From positions 490,883 to 554,882 of the forward strand of contig CAWIML010000009.1 in assembly GCA_963837215.1 (NCBI GenBank): DNA of 64,000 nt, written 5' to 3'. Origin of the DNA: an uncultured Chloroflexia bacterium (lineage in GTDB: Bacteria; Chloroflexota; Limnocylindria; Limnocylindrales; CSP1-4). The notes beneath the pieces are model-generated. The model was not told where the DNA came from. It saw only the letters and a list, made by a program, of their open reading frames with translations, and did not search any database. Shown piece by piece: positions 21,347-29,984 of this stretch; the stretch's first letter is position 1; each line of letters starts with the position of its first letter. The translations under genes and the position numbers were made by a program.

Positions 21347-22309
21347 TCAGTCGCGCAGCGCCCGACCGGTCAGGTCGAGGAAGACGTCTTCGAGCGTCGG
21401 GCGTCGGACCTGCAGGTTCTCCGGATCCACGCCCAGCGCCTCGGCGGCGTCCAGCACGGCGCCGACGGTGCCTGGCACGTCACGCGTGTAGAGGATCGTC
21501 TCGCCGCCCTCTTCGGCCACGCGTGAGACACCGGGGAACGATCGCAGGCGATCCTCCGGCAGCGCCGAGAGGCCGGTGACATGCACGGCGTGATCCTGGA
21601 AGCGGCGACCGACCAGCTCGGCCACGGTGCCCGACTCCATGATCGAGCCGTGGTCCATGATCGCCAGCCGATCACAGAGCACCTCCGCCTCCTCCATGTA
21701 GTGCGTCGTCAGAAGGATCGTCTTGCCGCGCGCCTTGAGGTCGGCGATGAGCGCCCACAGGGAACGGCGGGCGGCGGGGTCCATGCCGGTGGTCGGCTCA
21801 TCGAGGAAGACGAGCTCGGGATCGTTGACCAGGGCCAGTGCGACGGAGAGGCGCTGCTGCTGCCCGCCTGAGAGATCCTTGATGCGCGCCGTTCGCTTCT
21901 CGTCAAGGTCCAGGGCCGCGATGAGCTGGTCGATCGGCAGGCTCCGGGGATAGAAGCTCGCGAAGAGGTCCATCAGCTCTACGACGGTCAGCTGCGGGAA
22001 CAAGGCGGCCGTCTGGAGCTGGACGCCGATGCGGGGCTTGATCCGCCCGGGGTGGCGGGCGGCATCGACGCCCAGCACCTGCAGGTCACCGGAGTCGGGC
22101 TTGCGCAGGCCCTCGAGCATCTCGACCGTCGTCGTCTTGCCCGCGCCATTGGGCCCCAGGAGGCCGAAGATCTCGCCGCGGCGGACCTCGAAGCTGACGC
22201 CATCCACCGCCTGCAGGTCACCGTACGCCTTGCGCACGTCCTGCACCCGGATGACGGTCTCGACGTCCGGATCGGTTCGGTCGGCTGGCGCCATGGTCGG
22301 GCTGGTCAT
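21347..22309 (-). CDS. ABC transporter ATP-binding protein, partner of the ABC-2 permease
   Basis: Intact 320-aa ORF with Walker A (GPNGAGKTT), the signature motif (LSGGQQQRL) and Walker B (LVFLDEPTTGMD). Confidence 0.9.
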   Translation of the reverse strand: MTSPTMAPADRTDPDVETVIRVQDVRKAYGDLQAVDGVSFEVRRGEIFGLLGPNGAGKTTTVEMLEGLRKPDSGDLQVLGVDAARHPGRIKPRIGVQLQTAALFPQLTVVELMDLFASFYPRSLPIDQLIAALDLDEKRTARIKDLSGGQQQRLSVALALVNDPELVFLDEPTTGMDPAARRSLWALIADLKARGKTILLTTHYMEEAEVLCDRLAIMDHGSIMESGTVAELVGRRFQDHAVHVTGLSALPEDRLRSFPGVSRVAEEGGETILYTRDVPGTVGAVLDAAEALGVDPENLQVRRPTLEDVFLDLTGRALRD

Positions 22310-22321
22310 GGGCGTCTCATG

Positions 22322-23098
22322 CTAGCCCGCGAGCAGCCGGATGGCGATGACGAGGGCGGCTCCGAGCGCGGCGAGCAGGACCAGCGGCGGCGCCTGGAGC
22401 GGTTTCTGGTGTTGGGCCTCGGGCAGCAGGTGGCCGGCGCCGACGGCCACGAAGACCCCGGCAAACGCAGCCAACAGGATGCCGAGCACGGCAGGCGTGA
22501 CGCCCAGACTGATGCCGATGAGGGCGCCGATCGGCGCTGCGACGGCATCGAGGGCCAGGATGGTCAGGACCGTTCGCCGGCTGCCGCCGCCCTCAAGCGT
22601 CAGCGTCGTGATGTTGATGCCGTCGGCGAAGTCGTGGGCCATGACCGCCAGGCCGACGACGATGCCGACCTCCGCGCTGGCGGCGAAGCCAAGGCCGATG
22701 GCCACGCCGTCGAGCCCCGAGTGAACGACCAGGCCGAGCGGCCCGAGGATGCCCATCCGCGACCCTCTCGCCTGGCCGGTGGCGTGCTCGTGTGGCAGGT
22801 GGGGATCGACACCCGGATCGTGCTCGTGCTCGTAGCTCGAACGATGGACGAAGGACTCGACGGCCGAGAAGAGCAGGAAGCCGACTAGGGCGGCAACGCC
22901 GACCACGAGCGCCGTCTCGTCGAGATCGACCAGCTCGAGCGCCTCGGGCAGAAGGTCGACGAAGGCGGTGGCCACGAGGATGCCCGCCGAGAAGGCCATG
23001 ACAGGATGCAGCCGGTGTCTCAGGCGGAAGACGGCGAAGCCGCCCAGGAACGTGCTCACGACCGGCAAGAGCGCGAAGACGATGACGAGCGGGCTCAC
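22322..23098 (-). CDS. ZIP family metal (zinc) transporter
   Basis: Intact 258-aa ORF with a His-rich loop (HRSSYEHEHDPGVDPHLPHEH) and the HDFADG motif. Its GTG start overlaps the upstream Fur-family stop (GTGA). Confidence 0.85.
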   Translation of the reverse strand: MSPLVIVFALLPVVSTFLGGFAVFRLRHRLHPVMAFSAGILVATAFVDLLPEALELVDLDETALVVGVAALVGFLLFSAVESFVHRSSYEHEHDPGVDPHLPHEHATGQARGSRMGILGPLGLVVHSGLDGVAIGLGFAASAEVGIVVGLAVMAHDFADGINITTLTLEGGGSRRTVLTILALDAVAAPIGALIGISLGVTPAVLGILLAAFAGVFVAVGAGHLLPEAQHQKPLQAPPLVLLAALGAALVIAIRLLAG

Positions 23099-23580
23099 TC
23101 CTGGTCAGCCTCGCGGCACGCCGGGCAGCATCCGAAGAGCTCCAGACGATGGCCTTCGATGGCGTAGCCCGTCGCTCGCTCGACGGCCGCGGTGACAGAG
23201 CGCAGGTCGCCGTCGTCCACGTCGGTCGATCGTCCGCAGCGCGTGCACACGACGTGGTGGTGGTGGCTCGGTCGGCAGGCGACGTAGGCATGCTCGCCGT
23301 CGGGCAGGTCGATGCGCTCGATGATGCCGCCGTCGAGGAAGAGATCCAGGGTCCGGAAGACGGTCGCCCGGCCGATGCGGATGCCGTGCCTTCGCGCATC
23401 CGCCACCAGGTCGGCGGCGGAGAAGTGCGCCTCGCCTCGGGCGGCGACCAGGTCCATGACCGTGCGACGAGGCGCCGTGACGCGGAGATCGGCCGTCGCC
23501 AGGGTGGTGGCCAACCGCTGGGGATCTGCGACGGCGGGGATCCTGGATGGGTGGCGCTCGATGGTGGGCTGGCGGCTCAC
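23095..23580 (-). CDS. zur: Fur family metalloregulator, probably Zur
   Basis: Intact 161-aa ORF with a winged helix (RVTAPRRTVMDLV...GRATVFRTLDLF), HHHHVVCTRCG and a C-terminal CCPAC motif. It is co-operonic with the ZIP transporter and preceded by a Fur box. Confidence 0.75.
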   Translation of the reverse strand: MSRQPTIERHPSRIPAVADPQRLATTLATADLRVTAPRRTVMDLVAARGEAHFSAADLVADARRHGIRIGRATVFRTLDLFLDGGIIERIDLPDGEHAYVACRPSHHHHVVCTRCGRSTDVDDGDLRSVTAAVERATGYAIEGHRLELFGCCPACREADQE

Positions 23581-23588
23581 CCGGCGAA

Positions 23589-23603
23589 TGATACTGAGTA
23601 TCA
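23589..23603. promoter_or_regulatory. Perfect 7-1-7 Fur-family box, TGATACT-G-AGTATCA
   Basis: Read directly. It lies 9 nt upstream of the zur GTG (23580) and overlaps the EamA stop codon. It matches the TGATAAT-N-ATTATCA architecture. Confidence 0.7.
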
Positions 23604-24608
23604 GTTCCCGGCGTCAACCCCGCGCGCGACGCTCGCGGCGCGCCCGAAGAGGCGCCGCTGGCCGATGGGCGCGTTGGCGAGCGCGATGCCGACGATGACC
23701 AGGGCGGTACCGACGATGGTCTGGATGCCGATCGTCTCGCCGAGCACGAGCGTGCCGAGCAGGATGCCGACGACGGGCATGGCGTACGTGATGAGCGAGG
23801 TCCGGTAGGCGCCCCAGGCGTTGAGCAGCCGGAAGAAGAGCAGGTAGGCGATGGCCGAGCCCACGAGGCCGAGCCAGATCACGCTGACCCAGGCAGCCGG
23901 CGTATTGGGGGCCACCGACCCGGGCCCCGAATCGAAGGCGATGGAGAGGGCCGCGATGACAAAGAACGCGACCGCGTTCTGCGGCAGGGCGATCTCGGCC
24001 GGGCGGAGGGGGCGCGGCCCGCTGACCGGGTCGACGACCAGCGGTCGGGTCCCGATGGTCCGTCGCAGGAAGACGCCCGAGGCGGCGTACGAGACGCACG
24101 AGAGCACGATGGCCAGCTCGCCCATCAATTGGGCGGTCGTGTCGGCGCCGGGCGTCGGCGCCAGGTGCCGAGCCAGGATCATGACCGCGCCGGCGAAGCC
24201 GACCACGAGGCCAGCCAGCTTGTTGGAGGTGATCGGCTCGTCGCTCAGGACGATGGCGGCCAGGATGAGCGAGAAGAGCGGGGTCAACGCCTGCAGGATG
24301 CTCGCCAACGCGGAGTCGATCGACTGCTCTGCCCAGGTGATGAGCGTGAAGGGGATGGCCACGTTGATGATGCCGACCACGGCGAGCTTCATGAGCACCG
24401 ACCGATCGCGCGGCAGGCGCGAGCCCGTCAGTCGCAGCAGCAGCCCCAGGCCGATGATGCTGATGGCCAGTCGCCAGGCAACGAGCGTGAACGGCTGGAG
24501 ACCGCTCTCGACGCCGACCTTGATGAAGAAGTAGGAGCTGCCCCAGGCGAAGGCGACGCCCAGGAAGACGAGCCAGAGGATGGGCGAGGCGGTCGATCTG
24601 GCAGGCAT
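23601..24608 (-). CDS. EamA/DMT family transporter
   Basis: ATG at 24608 (MPARSTASPILWLVFLGVAFAWGSSYFFIKV). It has about ten TM segments and two EamA repeats. Confidence 0.8.
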   Translation of the reverse strand: MPARSTASPILWLVFLGVAFAWGSSYFFIKVGVESGLQPFTLVAWRLAISIIGLGLLLRLTGSRLPRDRSVLMKLAVVGIINVAIPFTLITWAEQSIDSALASILQALTPLFSLILAAIVLSDEPITSNKLAGLVVGFAGAVMILARHLAPTPGADTTAQLMGELAIVLSCVSYAASGVFLRRTIGTRPLVVDPVSGPRPLRPAEIALPQNAVAFFVIAALSIAFDSGPGSVAPNTPAAWVSVIWLGLVGSAIAYLLFFRLLNAWGAYRTSLITYAMPVVGILLGTLVLGETIGIQTIVGTALVIVGIALANAPIGQRRLFGRAASVARGVDAGN

Positions 24609-24725
24609 CACGATGGGCTCCGGATGCGTCGAGCGAGGACCGACGCTCGATCGTGGGGACATCCTAGAGGAAACCGGTCTGCGAGTCCATACCGGTTACC
24701 TGTCATTGATCTGACATCGAGTAGC

Positions 24726-25325
24726 ATGGGGCCGATGACCTATGGTCCAGTCGCCGCGCTCATCGTCGTCGATGTCCAGAACGACTTTGCCGATACGGCC
24801 GGGTCCCTTGCGGTCGCCGGCGGCGAGCGGGTCGTCGATGCGGTCAACACGCAGGTCGAGACCGCGGTTTCAGCGGGTGCCCTCGTCGCCTATACCCAGG
24901 ACTGGCACCCGCCCGTCACGCCGCACTTCGCCAAGGACGGGGGCATCTGGCCGGTCCACTGCGTGGCCGGCTCTTGGGGCGCGGAGCTCCATCCGCGGCT
25001 CGTCGTGGCCGGGCCCGTGGTCCACAAGGGCGTCAGCGGCGAGGACGGCTACTCGGGCTTCACGATGCGCGATCCGGTGATCGGCCTGACTACGCCCACC
25101 GACCTCGAGGGGCTCCTGCGCGAGCGCGGCATCGAGCGGGTGACGGTAGTGGGCCTGGCCACCGACTACTGCGTACTGGCGACCGTGCTCGATGCCCTCG
25201 CCCTCGGTTTCTCGACGACCGTCCTGCCCCAGGCGGTCGCCGCCGTGGACCTGCAACCCGGCGACGGCGAACGAGCACTGGCGGCCATGGCGGACGCCGG
25301 CGCCGCGCTGGGACCCGAGCGCTGA
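24726..25325 (+). CDS. pncA: Nicotinamidase/pyrazinamidase (isochorismatase family)
   Basis: Motifs LIVVDVQNDF, DWHP...HF and VVGLATDYCV (catalytic Cys). About 200 aa. Confidence 0.8.
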   Translation: MGPMTYGPVAALIVVDVQNDFADTAGSLAVAGGERVVDAVNTQVETAVSAGALVAYTQDWHPPVTPHFAKDGGIWPVHCVAGSWGAELHPRLVVAGPVVHKGVSGEDGYSGFTMRDPVIGLTTPTDLEGLLRERGIERVTVVGLATDYCVLATVLDALALGFSTTVLPQAVAAVDLQPGDGERALAAMADAGAALGPER

Positions 25326-26300
25326 TCAGGCTCCAAGGCCTCGTCCAGCGAGCGCCGGGAGCAGGGTGTCGGCGCCGGCCAGGAAGATGACACCGACGAT
25401 GAGGCTGAACACGCCGGCCACGACCCCCACGGCGACGTAGAGCCGCTGGCGGGTCTGGCTGGCCACGAAACCAGTGGCGCTGATGAGCACGATGACGGTG
25501 TTGGAGATGAGCAGGCCGGCGACGAACGCGAAGAGCATGGGCACGCCAAGGCCGGATCCGGCCGCGCCACCGAGAGCGGCGATGAGGAGCACCTGGGTCG
25601 CGGTCTCCGCCCCGATGCCATGGATGGCGCCGACCGTGAAGGCCGTCTTGGCGCCGTAGGAGCTCGCCTCGAGCGGTTCGACGTGGTGGTGGCCATGGAT
25701 CCTGGCGCCGAACCATCGCCATCCGTAGCGCACGCTGTCGAAGGCCAGCATCCAGCGACTTCGCAGCCGGAACGTCGACCCGTGCCGGACGTATCCGTAG
25801 GCGGAGTAGAGCACCCAGACCCCGAGCAAGACGAGCGTCACGCCGACGACGCGTCCCATGATCGGATCGATCCAGGACGGGAGGATCGCACCGAAGATCA
25901 GCGCCGCCAGGCCCAGCCCGATGACGACCGCGGCATGGCCGAAGGCATACAGGGAGCCGAGCCCGACCGATCGACGCTGATCCTCGACGAGACGCCGGCG
26001 CGTGAGGGGCATGGCGGCCGGCAAGACCAACGTCGCGCCGTCGGTCGGCACCGCCACATGGACATCGCGCTCGGGCGACCCGCCGTGAGCGTGCTCGTGC
26101 TCGGGTCCCCCGGCTTCGTGGACGGCGTCGTGGGCTTCCTCGGCAGCCTCGGTCGCGGCGGTCGTGCTCGTGATGTCCGCGATGGCCGCGATATGGTCCC
26201 AGTCGATCCCGTGGCGAAGGCCGAGGGCGAGCGCGGTCGCCAGCAGCGCGATGCCGCCGGTCGCGGTGGCAGGATCGGCGGCAAGAGCTTGGAAGGCCAT
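25326..26300 (-). CDS. Nickel/cobalt transporter, NiCoT/NicO family
   Basis: Intact 324-aa ORF with the HX4DH signature (RHGIDWDH) in TM2 and a His-rich loop (HDAVHEAGGPEHEHAHGG). Confidence 0.8.
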   Translation of the reverse strand: MAFQALAADPATATGGIALLATALALGLRHGIDWDHIAAIADITSTTAATEAAEEAHDAVHEAGGPEHEHAHGGSPERDVHVAVPTDGATLVLPAAMPLTRRRLVEDQRRSVGLGSLYAFGHAAVVIGLGLAALIFGAILPSWIDPIMGRVVGVTLVLLGVWVLYSAYGYVRHGSTFRLRSRWMLAFDSVRYGWRWFGARIHGHHHVEPLEASSYGAKTAFTVGAIHGIGAETATQVLLIAALGGAAGSGLGVPMLFAFVAGLLISNTVIVLISATGFVASQTRQRLYVAVGVVAGVFSLIVGVIFLAGADTLLPALAGRGLGA

Positions 26301-26340
26301 ATGGCGCGCGGTCCCCCGAAGTCGGTGCAGGGCCGGGCGA

Positions 26341-26362
26341 TTATTGCATCTTGTCGCAATAA
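26341..26362. promoter_or_regulatory. AT-rich palindrome TTATTGC-N8-GCAATAA in the nicO/argH divergent region
   Basis: Read directly. It is the only AT-rich stretch in this intergenic region, lying 41-62 nt upstream of the nicO ATG and about 135 nt upstream of argH. It is a candidate Nur/Fur-type or ArgR-type operator. Confidence 0.5.
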
Positions 26363-26494
26363 GCGACGACCTCGTGCCGGAGCGGATGGTCGCGGGTCCC
26401 GTGCCGTCTCGCGCGGCGACTTGGAGCAGTTCCCCGGACCCAGCTCACGCGGCGCCTCGCCTACACTCCGCTCGAGGAGGGCGAATCCCGGACG

Positions 26495-27881
26495 ATGCGC
26501 ATGTGGGGCGGACGCTTTGCCGCCGAGACCGATCCGCTGGCGGCCGAATTCACGCGCTCGATCGAGGTCGACCGCGCGCTGGCGCTCGATGACCTCGCTG
26601 GATCCGTAGCTCATGTGCATGGCCTCGCCCGGGCCGGGCTCGTGACAGCCGACGAGGAAGCCGCGCTCGTGGCCGGGCTCGAGGGTCTTGCCGATGAGGT
26701 GGCCAGCGGCACGTTCGCCTGGGACGCCGGCCTGGAAGACGTGCACCTCAACCTGGAGGCGGCGCTGGCGGCTCGCGTCGGCCCGGTCGCCGGCAAGCTC
26801 CATACCGGCCGCTCGCGCAACGACCAGGTCGCCCTCGACCTGCGCCTCTGGCTGCGCCGCACGCTGGCGACGGTCGACGAAGCAGTCGTCGGCCTGGAGC
26901 GCGCCCTGGTCGAGCGCGCCGAGCGAGACGGCGAGGGCGTCATGCCTGGCATGACCCACGTCCAGCCCGCGCAGCCGGTCCTGCTCGCGCACCACCTGCT
27001 GGCCTATGTCGAGATGCTCGAGCGCGATCGTGGCCGCTTCCGCGATGCCTGGTCGCGCGCCGACCGCTCGCCGCTCGGCGCCGGCGCCCTGGCGGGTGCT
27101 GGCTTCGCGCTCGATCGAGAGTCGATCGCGACGGAGCTCGGATTCGCAGCCGTGACGGCCAATTCGCTCGATGCCGTCAGCGACCGCGACTTCGTGGTCG
27201 AGGCACTGGCGGCCGCCGCCGTGTGCTTGGTGCACCTGAGCCGGCTCGCAGAGGAGCTCGTCTGGTGGTCGAGCCCGGCCTTCGGCTGGGTCTCCCTCGA
27301 CGACGCATGGAGCACCGGCTCGTCGATGATGCCGAACAAGAAGAACCCCGATCCGGCCGAGCTCATCCGCGGTCGCGCGGGCCGCGTCATCGGGCAGGTG
27401 ACAGGCATCCTGGCCACGCTGAAAGGCCTGCCGCTCGGCTACCAGCGCGACCTCCAGGAAACGGTCGCGCCCGCTGCTCGAGGGGATGGCCGTCCTCGAG
27501 TCGTCGCTGCGCGTGATGAGCGGCGTGATCGGCTCGCTCAGCTTCCGGCCCGATCGGATGCGAGCGGCAGCGCTCGAAGGGTATCTGACCGCGACCTCGG
27601 TGGCGGACGCCCTCGTCGAGCATGGCGTGCCATTCCGCGAGGCCCATGGCGTGGTAGGGGCACTCGTCGCCGATGCGGAGCGGCGCGGCTGCCGACTCGA
27701 CGAGCTGCCCGACGAGGCGTTCGCCGAGCTCCGTGACCTGCCCGCTTCGCCGGGGGAGCTGCGTTCGGCGGCCACGCTCGAGGCGGCCATCGCCCGGCCG
27801 CGTGTGACCGGCGGTACCGCCCCAGAACGGGTCCGCGAGGCGCTCGCGGCCGCGCGAGCGAGGCTCGGCACCGAGGGCTGA
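26495..27881 (+). CDS. argH: Argininosuccinate lyase, with one frameshift near 27470
   Basis: ORF 26495..27736 (MWGGRFA...HTGRSRNDQV...GSSMMPNKKNPD...GLPLGYQRDLQE) is joined to ORF 27486..27881 (LLEGMAVLESSL...). The length of 1387 nt is not a multiple of 3. Confidence 0.9.
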
Positions 27882-27891
27882 GCCGAGCCGT

Positions 27892-28587
27892 TCAGCCCTC
27901 CGGTGCAAGCCGCGCGGCGGCCTTCTCCCGATCTCGCAGGTGGTAGTTCAGGTCGAGCAGCGTCTTGCCGAGGACGAGCACGATGACGGGGCCGGTCGGC
28001 GAGCCCAGGAGGGCGATGAACAGCCCGCCGCCGATGATGGCCATGTGGAGCACGACCATCCGCCCATACGGCGCCCGCATCTGCTGCGCCACGGTCACGG
28101 TCCGGTATTCGCCTTTGCCGATGAAGTTGACCCAGAGCGAGACGACGTGGCCGACGGCGAGTCCGACCACGGCCACGAGGACGGCCAGCGGATCCGCCGC
28201 CACCGTGCCGAGGCCGAAGCCGCCGCCCGCGAACGTGGACGCCGAGCCGATCGTGGCGATGACGCCAACGAAGATGCCGTGCACGAACCAGAACATGCCG
28301 TAGTGGAGGATGAAGAACGGGATCTGCGTGGCCTTCAGGGCGCTGCCGGCAGGGCCGTCCCCCTGGGCCATGGCCATCTTGGCGCAGTTGATGATCCCGA
28401 CGATCCCGTTCTCGACCCAGTAGAGCCCAAGCACGAGGCCCACCTGCCAGTCGAGCAGGAGCACGCCGACGAGCGGGATGAGGTTGCCGAGAATGAGGGC
28501 GCCGACCGCCGCGCCCGATGAGTGCGACAGCCGTTGGGCTCGCCTGGCGGCGTCAAAGATCCAGCCGACCGAAGCGGGATCAGCCAC
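27892..28587 (-). CDS. Polytopic membrane protein (DUF6498-like)
   Basis: GTG at 28587. The sequence reads ...ILGNLIPLVGVLLLDWQVGLVLGLYWVENGIVGIINCAKMAMA...FFILHYGMFWFVHG... The family assignment is from memory only. Confidence 0.55.
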   Translation of the reverse strand: MADPASVGWIFDAARRAQRLSHSSGAAVGALILGNLIPLVGVLLLDWQVGLVLGLYWVENGIVGIINCAKMAMAQGDGPAGSALKATQIPFFILHYGMFWFVHGIFVGVIATIGSASTFAGGGFGLGTVAADPLAVLVAVVGLAVGHVVSLWVNFIGKGEYRTVTVAQQMRAPYGRMVVLHMAIIGGGLFIALLGSPTGPVIVLVLGKTLLDLNYHLRDREKAAARLAPEG

Positions 28588-28643
28588 GGCGAGCCTCGAT
28601 CTGGCTGGCGAGGTGCATATCGAGGTCGGGCATCGCGGGTCGG

Positions 28644-29246
28644 TCAGCGTGCCTCGGGCTCGACCACGGGCAGGCGCCGACCGCCGGCGATCGCGAGGTG
28701 CTCGGGCATGCCCGGCGCCCGTGGCGGCACGACGTGGGCCACCCGCGCCAGCGCCTTCGGATCGGGCGTCAACAGGTGGTCGATGGACCCAGGCTCCAGG
28801 GCCCGGACGACGGCCACTTCGTCGCAGGCGTTGCGGAACGGGCAACGCGCGCAGTCCCCCCAGACCTTCTGGTAGAGCACGCCCCGGTCGACGGCCGTGA
28901 AGCCGTGAGCGACGAACCAGGGCTCCACACGGGTCAGGGCGAAGAGGACCTTGACGCCGTAGCGCGACGCTTCCTGCGCGACCGCCTCCACCAGCCGGCC
29001 GCCGTACCCTCGGCCGCTGGCGCTGCTATCCACGGCCAGCGAGCGGACTTCGGCCAGGTCGTGCCACCAGATGCGCATGGCCACGCAGCCGACGACCGCG
29101 CCGTGACGGTCGGTGGCCACCCAGAAGTCGCGGATGCGATCGTAGATGTCGGCCAGCGGGCGCGGCAACAGCAGGTCCTGGCCGGCATAGCGGTGGATGA
29201 GCGCGTGGATGGCGGGAGCGTCCTCGGCCTTTGCGCGTCGGATCAC
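28644..29246 (-). CDS. GNAT family N-acetyltransferase (N-acetylglutamate synthase-like)
   Basis: The 200-aa ORF (VIRRAKAEDAP...) has the acetyl-CoA motif VDSSASGRGYGGRLVEAV. It lies within the arginine neighbourhood. Confidence 0.75.
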   Translation of the reverse strand: MIRRAKAEDAPAIHALIHRYAGQDLLLPRPLADIYDRIRDFWVATDRHGAVVGCVAMRIWWHDLAEVRSLAVDSSASGRGYGGRLVEAVAQEASRYGVKVLFALTRVEPWFVAHGFTAVDRGVLYQKVWGDCARCPFRNACDEVAVVRALEPGSIDHLLTPDPKALARVAHVVPPRAPGMPEHLAIAGGRRLPVVEPEAR

Positions 29247-29288
29247 GGCCGCGAGTCCTCGCCCCTCGCGCGCCGGATCATGGCTGCG
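29221..29288. repeat. Imperfect 35-nt tandem duplication (33-nt copies, 27/33 identical) spanning the GNAT start and the DinB 3' end
   Basis: Copy 1 (29221-29253) is tcctcggcctttgcgcgtcggatcacggccgcg. Copy 2 (29256-29288) is tcctcgcccctcgcgcgccggatcatggctgcg. They encode VIRRAKAED and MIRRARGED respectively. Confidence 0.8.
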
Positions 29289-29869
29289 GATCCACGGGCG
29301 CCATCGTCGGTGCCGGCGGGCGTCGAGTCCTGCGCGGACCCGGCCAGGGGGTCGATGCCCTCGAAGATCTGCCAGTTCCAGCGGTCTTCACCGGCCAGCA
29401 GGGCGCGCGTCCGGTTGATCTCGCCGGCGTGGTAGACGTCGTGCTCGAGGAGTACCGACAGCAGCCAGCGGGTCTCGCGGAGCTCGCCCCAATTCGCGGG
29501 CCGCGCGATGAGCAGATCGTCGTCGATCAGGCCGCGGACGTGGGCCATGAGCATCGCGTGCGACGTCCGGAGCCAGTCGAGGGTCTCGGCCATCGGCGCC
29601 TCGAACTCCGGCCAGGGCGCGACCTCAGGGCTCTCCCACGTCAGCCGGCCGTCCTCGAACGCGTAGTTCGCATACATGACCTTGCAGCTGGCGACGTGGA
29701 CCGCGATCGAGCCGATCGTGCGGACCGAGCCCGGCAGCCGCACCTGCCACATGACGGGATCGACCGACTCCAGGTTGGGCATCAGGGCCTGTGACTCGTC
29801 CGTGGCCTCGCTCCCTGCGCCCGAGAACGCGTCCTCCATGAGGTACGCCAGCAGCTCGACTTCCGACAT
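29243..29869 (-). CDS. DinB family (DinB_2) metal-dependent protein
   Basis: The 208-aa ORF has a four-helix-bundle His pattern (IAVHVASC ... LLEHDVYHAGEI). Its stop overlaps the GNAT GTG (GTGA). Confidence 0.7.
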   Translation of the reverse strand: MSEVELLAYLMEDAFSGAGSEATDESQALMPNLESVDPVMWQVRLPGSVRTIGSIAVHVASCKVMYANYAFEDGRLTWESPEVAPWPEFEAPMAETLDWLRTSHAMLMAHVRGLIDDDLLIARPANWGELRETRWLLSVLLEHDVYHAGEINRTRALLAGEDRWNWQIFEGIDPLAGSAQDSTPAGTDDGARGSAAMIRRARGEDSRP

Positions 29870-29978
29870 GTGGCCACGATACCAATCCTGCGGCTCGGAC
29901 CCTCGCGGTCCGGGTCGCCTCTCTGCGTGCGAAGTGCCCGCGCCGGGACATCGACACGACCGGTCCGGGGCTCAGGGC

Positions 29979-29984
29979 TAGAAT
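29979..29984 (+). promoter_or_regulatory. -10-like hexamer TAGAAT, consistent with a leaderless citrate synthase mRNA starting at in-frame GTG 29992
   Basis: Read directly. TAGAAT overlaps ATG 29983, and GTG 29992 lies 7 nt downstream of the hexamer. Confidence 0.4.
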
